A DNA stretch of 64,000 nucleotides. It comes from Tubiluchus corallicola (lineage: Eukaryota > Animalia > Priapulida). The position numbers were made by a program, and so were the translations under genes. Below the pieces are notes generated by a model. The model did no database searches. It worked only from the letters and a program-made list of their open reading frames with translations, and was not told where the DNA came from. Where the stretch lies: positions 62,001 through 126,000 of the forward strand of contig JAQGDQ010000031.1 of NCBI GenBank assembly GCA_030141605.1. Reading direction: 5' to 3'. Shown here one piece after another: positions 1 through 11,400 of the stretch (positions are counted from its first letter, which is position 1; each line of letters begins with the position of its first letter).

Positions 1-670
1 CAGCCGACTGATAATGAATCGGCTTGGGGAAACCCATTTGACACCCATAAAATAATTAAAAATAGAATTAAGCTTCCCACATTGCACGCTTGTTGACTTA
101 GGAGAGAAAAATGGGTTTACGCTTTCAAACATTTAATCACTGACTCAGTGTGACTTGACAAATATAAAAATGAAATAAAAGTTAAAATGTTCTAAAATCT
201 TATAAAACTGAACTTTAATAGATTTTATAAACGTAAATGAGAAATAGCCCAAGTAAATAGCCAAGTGTTCACAGCGTGTACAATGAAGCTAAAAAGCGTT
301 AGGCCTGTTATACACAACTACTGGGTAATTGCTGGCAAGACTGCAACTTCATGGTTTCATCTGCTATACTACACCTGTCTCTTTTTCACTATTCAACTGA
401 TCAAGAGCATTACTCTTGATATTGAGATAAGTACCAGTCGTGCCACAGCCAATTGCATGCAATAAGCCTGCTATAAAGCGCTGGTTTGCATAAAGAGCAA
501 GCGCCTAAATATGCCAACTGCTTATTAAGAAACTATTACTGAAATAAAAATTTACGAAAATTCTTCAAATGTCGATTTTTAAAGTAATTCCTTTTCAAGT
601 TCATTAGATTTCTTTCCTGCCTTGCGTGTTCAGTTTCTCCTTTCTTCAGTCATTGGTTGATTGATTGATT

Positions 671-801
671 ATTCATTCATTCATTCATTCATTCATTCAT
701 TCATTCATTCATTCATTCATTCATTCATTCATTCATTCATTCATTCATTCATTCATTCATTCATTCATATATTCATTCATTCATGCGTTCATTCATTCAT
801 T
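671..801. repeat. (ATTC)n microsatellite
   Basis: About 30 near-perfect ATTC units, preceded by a short (TTGA)n. Confidence 0.97.
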
Positions 802-1341
802 ATATTTAGTCAGTGCAAGCTCATAAAAGAGTAGTGGCGGCATTTTATTTTAGTTAATTTGCATTTTGCAACATGTAAGTAACCATAAACAAGAAAATGC
901 TAAGCAAAATGCTTTTAGTGGTGATTATACAAGGAGCAGCAGGGCTTCATGAAATCAAAACAGTCACAATGGACGCCACTGCCTCTTGTCTACACCGGAA
1001 CTTCCGCTTACAGTACACCGGAAATTACACGTAGATTTACAATGGATGGATAGCCAGCTACCAAATTAAGTAATTGTACGTCGTAACCAGTAAAGGAAAC
1101 AAGGAAAAAATAAGTGAAATGGCACGATGCAATGACGACAGCTGCCGTTATTATGAGCTAGATTGATGCTAGATTGACTGCCTACGTTTATATTAGTAAG
1201 CAGTATTAAACCCATGTTGTTCTGGGTTTGGGTAACCTATAATAATGAACCTCTCTCCCCCTTTCCCCTGTCTCTCACTCTCTTCTTGTTTTTCTTCTCT
1301 CTTTCTTTCTCCTGCACGCTCTCTCCCTTTTGTCCTAGAGC

Positions 1342-1441
<100 letters not shown>

Positions 1442-1696
1442 CCTCCTTCGGTCACCTCTCGCTTCCCTTTACTCTCTCTTCCCAGCGCATTTCTGTAATT
1501 AATGATTCTTAATCTTGTAGAAAACTCGAGAATTAATGTTCCACTAACGCAACAGATTACACCGCAGGGAATCATAACGAAAGGTGATCTTCCCAATTAA
1601 TTTCAATCAGTTCGTTAAAGTTAATTAAGAGCATTAATGAACAGTATGCATGAAAGGTACATGTCGAGGAGAAGATCAGTACCGCATTGTGTAATT

Positions 1697-1882
1697 AACT
1701 GCAGTATTTTAATTAATTATGTTCAGTTTCTTACCACATTAGAGAAATGCAACACGTTCACAATACTGTCCTTAAAAAATGATAACTGAAGTAAATTAAA
1801 TACTTATGTTCAGTTTCTTGCCGCATTAAAGAAGGGTAAGTTGTTGGCAGTACTGTCATTAAAGAAACAAGGCTGCAGTAAT
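1697..1882. repeat. Degenerate tandem duplication, ~88-bp unit, about 2 copies
   Basis: ttatgttcagtttcttaccacattagagaa (~1717) versus ttatgttcagtttcttgccgcattaaagaa (~1804). The tactgtc and ctgcagta/ctgaagta motifs recur at the same period. Confidence 0.75.
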
Positions 1883-2397
1883 TCTATAGTCACTAGTGTA
1901 AACCTCTTCCTGCGTTGACATTTCACGAAACCAATAAGCCAATAAGGTGGTATTGACAATAAAATTCAGCTGTGGGCAGGAGCAGGCGGCGGATTTCAAT
2001 AACATTCATAAACATCTAAGAGCAATAATATTAAGTGCAAACGCAGATGTCTAAATAAGTTTAGTCCTCACTGATCCATGTATAGATAGCTTAAACGCAG
2101 TTATATGAGCGAGTGCACCTAAATCCAGATCAAAAGAAGGAATATAATTATAGACTAGAGTATAAATCATAAGTAGTCCAATTGATTCAGATGGACGCTT
2201 CTTCCAACTGCAGTCCTTACCTTTCTCAATTAAAAGTATATTCTAAATGATTATCAGTTTTTTACAGCATTACATTTCTACAACGGTAACTATATCAGTC
2301 TATTAAAACAATTTGTGAAATTAAACTTTTTTTCAATTATAAATAAATGAAAAAGCAATTCTTTATTTCAATTTATCATATCTGTAATCATATTAAG

Positions 2398-2431
<34 letters not shown>

Positions 2432-2432
<1 letters not shown>

Positions 2433-2886
2433 AGGGCTCGTACTCTACTTTTCAAAAATATAGGACATTATTCTAAAAAAATATAGGAATTATAGGACAT
2501 TTTTCCTTAAAAACGAAAGTTTCTAACCTTACACTACAGCGATTTTCACAATTTCTCTGCAAAAATAAATGATTTTTTCTACCTGTAACAGGAGAGCATT
2601 CTTTGGTTGAAGTTGGTATTGTCATTGAGCGGCTTATACAGTGAGCGACAGACAACTGTTATTTACATTCTATAAAATGCCCAAATCATGAAGATATGTA
2701 CTTATAATATCTAACTGTGGTTATGAGCGCCAAAGGCGCGCGAAAAGTACCCATAACATTCTCATTTCATTGAGAATTCATGATTTTACAGGAATTATAG
2801 GACATTTTTATAGTTTTAACAAGTTTTATAGGAATTATAGGAGATAACCCCAAAATATAGGAATTAAAGGACGAGTACGAGCTCTG
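2432..2886. mobile_element. MITE (hAT-like CAGGG terminus) inserted into an (ATT)n tract
   Basis: TIRs acagggctcgtactc (2431-2445) and gagtacgagctctgt (2873-2887), 1 mismatch. Subterminal TATAGGA repeats cluster at both ends. ATT repeat lies on both flanks, so the TSD is unresolved. Confidence 0.85.
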
Positions 2887-3080
2887 TTATTATTATTACT
2901 GTTGTTATTATTAATGACGATACAAACTGAAAGTTAATTAAATTTTGATACCTAACTTGAAAGACAGGATATATGAAAAAGCTGGAATACAGCCTGGATA
3001 TGAGCCATTAATCTTCTATTTACAAGGCAGGCGCCTTTAGACTACTATGCCATCGTATTCCTATAGTATTTGTAGGCTCT

Positions 3081-3352
<272 letters not shown>

Positions 3353-3835
3353 ACTCCCATTTCGCTTTTTAATGCAAACAGTAAACGAAAAAAAGCCGAT
3401 TATCCTGTAAGCTACACGATGTTTCAGATACACTGATTCAAAATGAAAATTAGAGCTCTCAACAGGAAAACGTCATTTAATTATGCGAATAAATCATCGA
3501 TGGTGGCTATAATAGCCTCTCTTGACACTAATTGGGAATGCAACGGAGATTTTCTGCAAAATCCTTGGTAATTTATTAAACTGTGCGATTTAGAGTTATT
3601 ACAATTTGAATGGAGCCATTTATCAGTTTATTGCAGTAATTCACTACATACTTTTGAACTTCTTGCTCATCACAGATAGACGTTTTGTTTAACTTGTTAT
3701 GGTTAGCTACAGTTAAACTTTATTTTTATGAGACAATATGAATATATATTTTTTCAGATTTAACTTAAACGACTTAGGTTTATATAACGTTATATATAAC
3801 AATATAACGGTTTATTATACTGTTATCATGTGAAC

Positions 3836-4850
3836 TTAAGAAAAATATAACAAAGAAATATGCAAGAACCTGTCTATAAAGCATAAAGTTAATTTATACT
3901 GCCACTGTCCTGTACAGAAATTTTCAGGCGCGGCGGTAACCGCCTTTCACTTGAAAATTATGACGTAACTGGTGGACTTTATGACTTTTTGTAACTGCGA
4001 GCTACTTGAACTAATTCAGACTTCTGCAGCTTGCCTAATGTTCATACAAAAAGACACAAAAACAGCTATCTAATTTTTTGTAAAAATATATTATAATCAT
4101 CAGGATATCCTCATCCACTGTTGGATGAATCCCTCTTCCCTAGCTCGCCGCCATGTCCTGTCTTGGGGATAACGTCATCATGGTAGTAACAGGGAAGGGT
4201 TTCTGCCTATACTCTAAAGCGCTGGCAAGGCGTGTTGTTAGAGTGAGTTGTAGCTGACCGGTTTTCTTCACGCAACGAATTCCGGCCATTAAAGCCAAGC
4301 TACTGGGTCTGCTGGTTCTGCTGGTTGTGACTTCATCCAGGAGGTTCATACGCCAGTTCCAGTCTTCACGCACTTACGATGAGGGGAGTGGGGTAACGTT
4401 ATCTGTGACCGCCATTCTCCTCACTAGGTTTAGCACGCCAGTCGAGGCGAGGTCCGGGGTTGTACCCACTAGTGTGCGCTACCAGCTCCTTCGAGGTACT
4501 AGCGAGAGTAGTGAAGGGGGAGACTCCATCTGTGACCTATCCACATACACTCCCGTGCATGTGCAGCTGGCAGAACTACAGAGGTGGTTGTCAAGAACCC
4601 CAACACACAACAAAAATTTATTATACTTTTGACGAAAATCGACAGTGCGTTGCTTTTCTTCAGCCGATGAACGACGTCACTGGTAGAAGAGTGGGCGTTC
4701 AAAATGGAAGCTCCCAAGTGTGAAATGATGGGGACTTTAGTGATTTTACTATTACAAGAGGCGCTTATCACACTTCCATTACTAAATCTTTCTAACATTT
4801 ATCGCGAACATTAAAATAAACCTGACTGCCCAGGAGGTTTGGCCTTTGCT
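3836..4850 (+). mobile_element. Non-autonomous DNA element, copy A (same family as 58522-59071), interrupted by a retroelement at 4096-4611
   Basis: ctgtctataaag, ggtaaccgcc, ttcacttgaaaattatga, acttctgcagctt and attactaaatctttctaacatttatcgc are all shared collinearly with 58607-59040. Confidence 0.85.
4096..4611 (-). mobile_element. RTE-derived non-autonomous retroelement (SINE/bipartite-like), 516 bp
   Basis: 14-bp TSD aaaaatatattata (4082-4095) and aaaaatttattata (4612-4625), 1 mismatch. The insert is absent from the homologous copy at ~58830. The minus-strand 3' end reads QDRTWRRAREEGFIQQW followed by a tgatgat tail, typical of RTE-clade C-termini and tails. It is GC-richer than its flanks. 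Confidence 0.8.
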
Positions 4851-5197
4851 GTGAAAAAACTTACTAAAACCACACGTTAGTAACTTGGTACATATGAAAA
4901 GTCCCATCATGTCGCCTTTCTGCTTGTACATGTAATGTAATAAAGAAAACCTTATAGTTATTGTAACATTAGCTCAGAAGGTGATGATTTTTGATAATTT
5001 GCCCTCGGCCTATACGTGTTTTATCCTGATTATTGAAACTGTAGTCTGTAGGGATAATCTTACCTAGTGATGCCCTGAGGCAATTCTATAAGATAACAAA
5101 TACTTTCAAAGGCGCAGTTATTTATACGTACGTCTGATATTACAGTCATGTGCATTCAGCCAAGAAGTTGGGAAAAAATTGTTTATCACAACAAGAA

Positions 5198-5370
5198 AAT
5201 TTTCCCTACTCCCTTGGACACATAACGCAAGAAGCAAGAGTGATAAGACCAATAAGCTACCCATTTTATGACTAAACATATGAGAAGCACCAAGCCAATT
5301 TTCTCTACTCCTTTGGACATAAAATACAAAACTAGAGCGACAAGATTAACAAGTCCAATAGGCTACCCAT
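5198..5370. repeat. Degenerate direct duplication (~100-bp period)
   Basis: aattttccctactcccttggaca...ccaataagctacccat versus aattttctctactcctttggaca...ccaataggctacccat. Confidence 0.75.
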
Positions 5371-6659
5371 AATAATATAATAATTCGAAAAGTAAACCCT
5401 CAATTGTAAAACATTAGACCGAGATCTTTCATTTGACGAGTCGAGAATAATTCGTCGAGAATGGCGCAGTCGTTGGAGCTGTAACATATATATCTATATA
5501 CCACCGAAATTAATTATAAAGATAGTAATAATTATAATAGTCGTCATCTTTATTTAAAGTCGCTTTTGGATAAATAATTAACATAAGCTCAACGAGCTTT
5601 TTTCCAAAAGTAAAGAACAATTCTAAGCTACATAACAGAAACAATTATTACCCCATTTTTACCCTAAATACCACGTATTTTATGATACAAGTCGCTTCGA
5701 GTTCTACTAATATTTATTTACTAGTTATAAGTTATCAAGTAAGGAGTTCTAAACCACTAGCAGATCAATATTAAAGCAACACAGCGAATCATGCAGTCGA
5801 TATCTTTTAAGCCATAAATGGAGGAATCGTAAAAAGGGAAAAATTGGCGAACCGTACGTAACGAGAAACTTTTGCGTTTTAGGGTCTGTTTAATGACGGA
5901 TATTTGAAAATCCTATAAGATTGTCCTCGAGCAATTCCTGAATTCATAGCAGATGCAGTATAGCAAGAAAAAAATTGATGCATTTTCCTGACAGGGTAAA
6001 TTTTAACCAAGCAAGTTTGGTAAATTATGATATCAGCTGATAAAAATTTTCTAATGACATGGTTAATAAATAAGTCTTTTGGGCAACTTTCAGTTAAACA
6101 GCGTTATAAACTTACAAGACGACACGTATAGAACTTTTTCGCCTCATACACCCACGATTTCCGAATGTCATCCCTTTTCCAAAATTGCCTAGCACACAAG
6201 GATTCTAAATAAAATACGCATTTTATTGGAAATCTTTTACTTTCTGCTAAGTAAACATACACTTATTTGGATTAATGTGATAGTGGTCCAGTGGACTGTC
6301 TTAGGAGAAAATGACAATCATCAAAATATCGTCTTTTTGACATTCGTAATGGGATCCGAAATACGCGAATAAAAACAAAAAAGAACCAAAGATAATTCAT
6401 ATAAACCCAATATTTCACACACTAAAAAGTGAAGTAATCATCCTTATTTTTAATTTAGTCTGTGGCATTCAATGGTGTAGTGTCCTGTAGATTATTACAA
6501 CTATGCGTGTGAAGCTTGCATTGCAGTTTGCAAAAGGTCAATATTCCAACAATTTCAGTTTGCCAGGAAGCAGGAAGTCCCAGTTCCCCTGAAATGCTGA
6601 AATTCCTCTCCCTCAGTTGAGAACCCCTGTACTATATCAAACGCTTGCGCAGTAGAGGA

Positions 6660-7115
6660 ACTGATAGTTCTGAAATGTTCGCAGCAATGTAGACCAAGCG
6701 AAAACACAGAATGACTGTAGAAAAGTAAAAACACCTGTTGCAACGATGAATAGTAATGGTTGAAACAAGGAGAGACAAACGTGAAATACCTGAATAAAAA
6801 CAAATGATTCCAGTAATGTATGTAATATAAAGAAGAGACAGTTGTGAAATGCCACGCTACACGATGACTACAACACAGGAGAGGCAATTGTGAAATGCCA
6901 CCAGGGAGTGATGACTGCGGGTCAGGCGAGAATGAAATGAAGATAATATAAAGCACCTGTGGCAAAGATAAACAGTAATGACTAAAACAGGGAGGAGACA
7001 GGGTGAAAAACCTGAGTGAAGATATACAGTAATGTCTACAATAGAGAAACACTTGCAAGATGCCAAGACACAGGATGGACTAAATGCACAGGAGACAGTT
7101 CTGAAATGTTGCGAA
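6660..7115. repeat. Degenerate minisatellite, ~46-bp monomer with ~220-bp higher-order duplication
   Basis: Recurring agacagttgtgaaatg / agacagttctgaaatg / cagtaatg motifs. 6729-6900 aligns with 6951-7108. Confidence 0.7.
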
Positions 7116-7228
7116 CACATCTATTGACACTGCAGACCAGTGTCTTGCAACCCAAGATTTGTTCAAAATTCAAATATTACATTACATTTGTTGATTGAAA
7201 ATCCGCTTTTGAAAATGTACCAACATCT
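7116..7228 (+). mobile_element. Decayed non-LTR reverse-transcriptase fragment
   Basis: Translates as HLLTLQT...YYITFVD*KSAFENVP, resembling the LINE RT segment HIFTL...YIAFVDxKKAFDSV. It has an in-frame stop. Confidence 0.4.
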
Positions 7229-8224
7229 TCAGAACACATATCACAATCAGTTTGTAAGAGTCCAAATAAATGATTCTGTCAGCTTTGTTAAAGAATCTGG
7301 TTGAATACGGAATGCAACATTTTTCATAACGTCATTGGCAATTTAAGTGTGTTTCTTTCAAAGAGTAAAAAACATCGCGCTAAATAATGCAAATCTCCGC
7401 TAAAAATAAAAGGAAATGGAAATGTTCGTTGGCAAGCATAACAATTACTGTCGCTGAAATTACAGATTAGCTGCTAGCGCTTTCCTTCAAGATGGATTAG
7501 AAAGCATTTTTCATTGTTCCTTGTGCAGTTAATGTCAGAATACGAGAAACTGAACGCGAACATTAGAAAAATTAGAATTTCGTGCGAATGCGAAAGGCGG
7601 CCATTTTTCAACATCTAATGACGCAAATCACGATCATGCAAAGCAAACCAAAACTGTAAATTAATCACAATTTAGAGTCAGCGAGCTACAGACTTGTTAA
7701 ATTAATTGATGAAATCGGATTACAGTGAATTGAAAACTAGAAAATCTACAATACAAAGTTAGAAATCATATTTTCCGATTTTTAACTTTATACATTTATA
7801 ATTCCATGCAAAGTTGACATTCATTTACAAACAAATACCCAGTACTCTATTTAGTTTAAATCATACAATGGAGACTGAAGCTGAACAGCACAAAAATACG
7901 CCTCACCACCTTCGCTCTGTTAGGAACCGCTTCCGATGTAGGCTTTAGAGTAAGTATTATTGCCAGAGTGCGCCACAAGTGTAGCACCAGGATGCAAAGA
8001 AATCAAAACATAATTTTGATAAAAAATAATCACATCACACGTATACTGCAGTTCATTCTTTGCGGCCCAATGTCACTGTGTATTAGCACTGACTCCCTGC
8101 ACTGCTTAATCGCAAACATCACTTTCTTTAAAGCAGAACCGTACCCAATTTTAAACTGTAGGTAAAAACAATCTACTCTTCAAAACACTGAAAGGGAACA
8201 TACTATTTTTTTTTCAAAAATGAC

Positions 8225-8400
8225 TTTCGTGAAAGAATTATTACCACACAAACACAATTTCGCGTTCAAGCCATTACATGAATTTCGCAATTCGCTAGTT
8301 AGACAGGCACTAGCGCTTGCATTTCGGAAACGTATTGCACAAAAAACAGGTGCTGTACCTCTCAGTTCAGAGGTGTTAGTTTATGACGAATTGCACACGT
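8225..8400 (+). repeat. Dispersed repeat, copy 1 (inverted copy at ~18070-18240)
   Basis: ttacca...aatttcgcgttca...tagttaga...cacaaaaaacaggtgctg matches the reverse complement of 18070-18240. Confidence 0.75.
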
Positions 8401-11400
8401 TCAACAGCTCATGTGTGAGCACTGCAGAAAATTTGAAATTTGAATTTTCATTGACTACTTAGTACAACATACTGAATATCTTACAGTAGCGCTGTACTTC
8501 AATTTTTGCTTTCGCACACGTGCAACACGCTCGTAGAATATTTTTGCAGTTGAAAATTGTTAGTTTATGATATCATCAATAGTTGGGCTCGCCTGCCGTT
8601 AATTAAGTTTTTTAATCTATAATTTAATTATCAGAAACGCTTTTGCAGTATCAATTGCGTTAAAATGTGTACTTTTTATCGGACTTGAAAATGGGGTAGT
8701 GCATGAAAAATCATCCTGTCTTCCTTTAACATCGTACCTCTTTCTCGCAAGGGAAGGTATACTCATCATAGAGTATGCTCTTTCTCACACGCATTCATCA
8801 TTCAAGTCACTCAGCTTGCTATCTTAACCGTCAGATTCCGAAGTTAAGTTCTCGTCTGATTAAAGAAGAATGACGTAGAACAGCTAATGAAATGAGATAA
8901 CTTTTCAAAGTGGCGAGTTCTTTGTGTAACTGAAACTCGACAAAAAAAACGCGCTGCGTCGCTCGCGGAACAAAGAACGCGTACGCAAGCTGTTAATTAT
9001 AAATGAGAGTGTTCAAGTCAAAGTGATAACAGATACCGAGAGAATGGTGAAAGCTTGACAACTACACGACAGCACAAAAGGCGAACACTGCAAGGCTTCA
9101 AAAACTTATTGAACTTGCACCGAATTTAATCTTGCACGATTTTATAATGCATTAAATTAAGACAAAAATTTATTACAAATTTGTTACTGACAAATATCAA
9201 AATACACATGTTAAAATTCAATGAAGTGAAGCCAAAGACATAAACTCACTGCTTAGTAATAAGTTAAATTCACTAACAATAAGTATATATTGCATTCCAT
9301 GGCAAGTACAGGCTAACACAGCTGAGTGGACAAATTAATTATGTAGTAACCAAAGTTAAAAACAAGGGGCCCAGTAAGTGCACAGATGGATGACCAGGAA
9401 GTTGTTTCTCTCATAATGTCATGCTGTTTCTGGCTATTTAAACTTGCTCATTGCCTCATCTTGGAAATTTCAATGCCCTACTTATATTATCCTTGATAAT
9501 GAACTACATTTCAGTTCAGGAACAATCATCAATAAAATTATACTATGACTGTTAACTACCAGCTTGCAGTGTGCCAGACTGTGTAAAACTTATAGTCATT
9601 GTAACAACGCAGCCCGAAATGTTCCTCAACCACAAAAGTTTTCAGAAAAATCACCGAAAAAACAAAATAAATCTTTTAGCCAATTCGTTGTGATTTTAAT
9701 AAAACGGGAGACTTGCACAAACTTGTTAACTGTGGAACTTGTTAAGCGCGCAAGGAGCAATAACGGTTTAGACATTTCCAGATTGTATCACAAGCAACAT
9801 GAAACAGCTGTACAGCTAATACACCACAACTGCTTTTTGAGAAAAATAATCAATTACGCAACAAAAACCTTGAAAAAATTAACCAAGTGAAACAGCGAAC
9901 AAATTGGGACTCTTGCTACCTGGAGGAAAAGCAGAAAGCTAGTTTCAACTTTAAGTTTTATTTGTAAAATGCCATAATGAGTGTACACACGTTACGTACG
10001 TTACAATGTATTGCTACCATTAAGAGAACTATTAAACTCTTACAAATATATTTCAAGTATCGGCCCTGGCCAAGAAGAGATGAACTTGCAGAGGCCTCAT
10101 CAGAAACTAAGGTAGAATGGAAGGTAAAATGCGATAAGGTGCAAAAATTAAAACAAACAAAAATGAAACGCTACAAGTTACATCAGGGTGATGGTGAAGA
10201 AAATGCAATGACAAGGAAAAGATGAGAAAACGATGACGGTGATGAGAATGAAGATTGGAATCAGATAAGAAGAAAAAGATCAACCAGCTGGGCGACTGCA
10301 AAAGTAAGTATGGAGATTTGGACATGCAGCCTTGGTACTTCTATTTTTACTTCTTCTTCATCATCTTTTTCTTCTTGTGCATCACAAATAATGATAACTT
10401 ACGGATAATGAAGACATTACCGCGTATTTTACTAAAATACGTTAATTGGCACCCGAAGTCAATAACAGTCACTTTTGTGTATTAGATGAGAGTCATAGAT
10501 TGAGACTAGAATTGTTCTATAATGTAAAATGTTTTAGGCTTTTTTATAGAAATTTATAGACTATTCGTTTGACTAGCTCAGTCTAGCCGTAACCTGTTCA
10601 CAACGCGATCAATTTTGGTTAGCTATAGAACTTTACAGCGTGATAAACCAAAACGTGTCAGAAACTGGACATTTTACCAAACGATGAAATAACTATTCAC
10701 ATTGATTTCGCAAACCATATCAACACCTTATGCGAAAGACTTTCTATATTACACACACAGAAATCGTTTAAAAACCCGTCACACAAACGTATCTCATTTC
10801 TTCGAAACCTACAGAAACCGTGTGGAAATCTGAGACGAAAGGAAGAAAGCTTATCTCACCTGCATATGAAAGAACACAACAGCACCAAACACCGACAGTT
10901 TCCAATAGTAGTAAGCTCTGTAATCAGAAATGTATGTGAATATTCTGAATTTTCAGCCAGACCCAACGCAGATGTAGCGGTATCAAGGCAAAACGAGGAA
11001 AGTCAGCGTCTCAGTGGCAACTCTTTAACTAAGCAGCACGGGTTAAAACCAGCAAACATGTGGCAATGTTATTCTACCGTCTCTGTCAACCATTAAGCAA
11101 GGTTTGTTATTTTCTCAACTCAAAACACACAACATAATCAACAGTAGCAAAGAGCTTCATAGTGCAACCATATGCAGATACGTACTGACTACATAGCTGG
11201 TGGTCCTTAAACTAGAAATCCATGAATTTTTTAAATAGTATTTGAGAAGCCAGAAAAATGATCTTGCAAGCTCATATACACAATTTCCTGATAAAGACTA
11301 AGATTATACGGAGTGGTAAAGTGAAATGCACAAATTATAAGGCACTTCATCAAATTCCAAAGTCACTAATAGGAAAGTCATCCAAAGGTGAAGTAGAAAA

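Noticed and set aside
6555-7058. 167-aa ORF with periodic Cys/His, superficially zinc-finger-like
   Set aside because: The spacing does not fit C2H2 or other fingers. The periodicity comes from the minisatellite.
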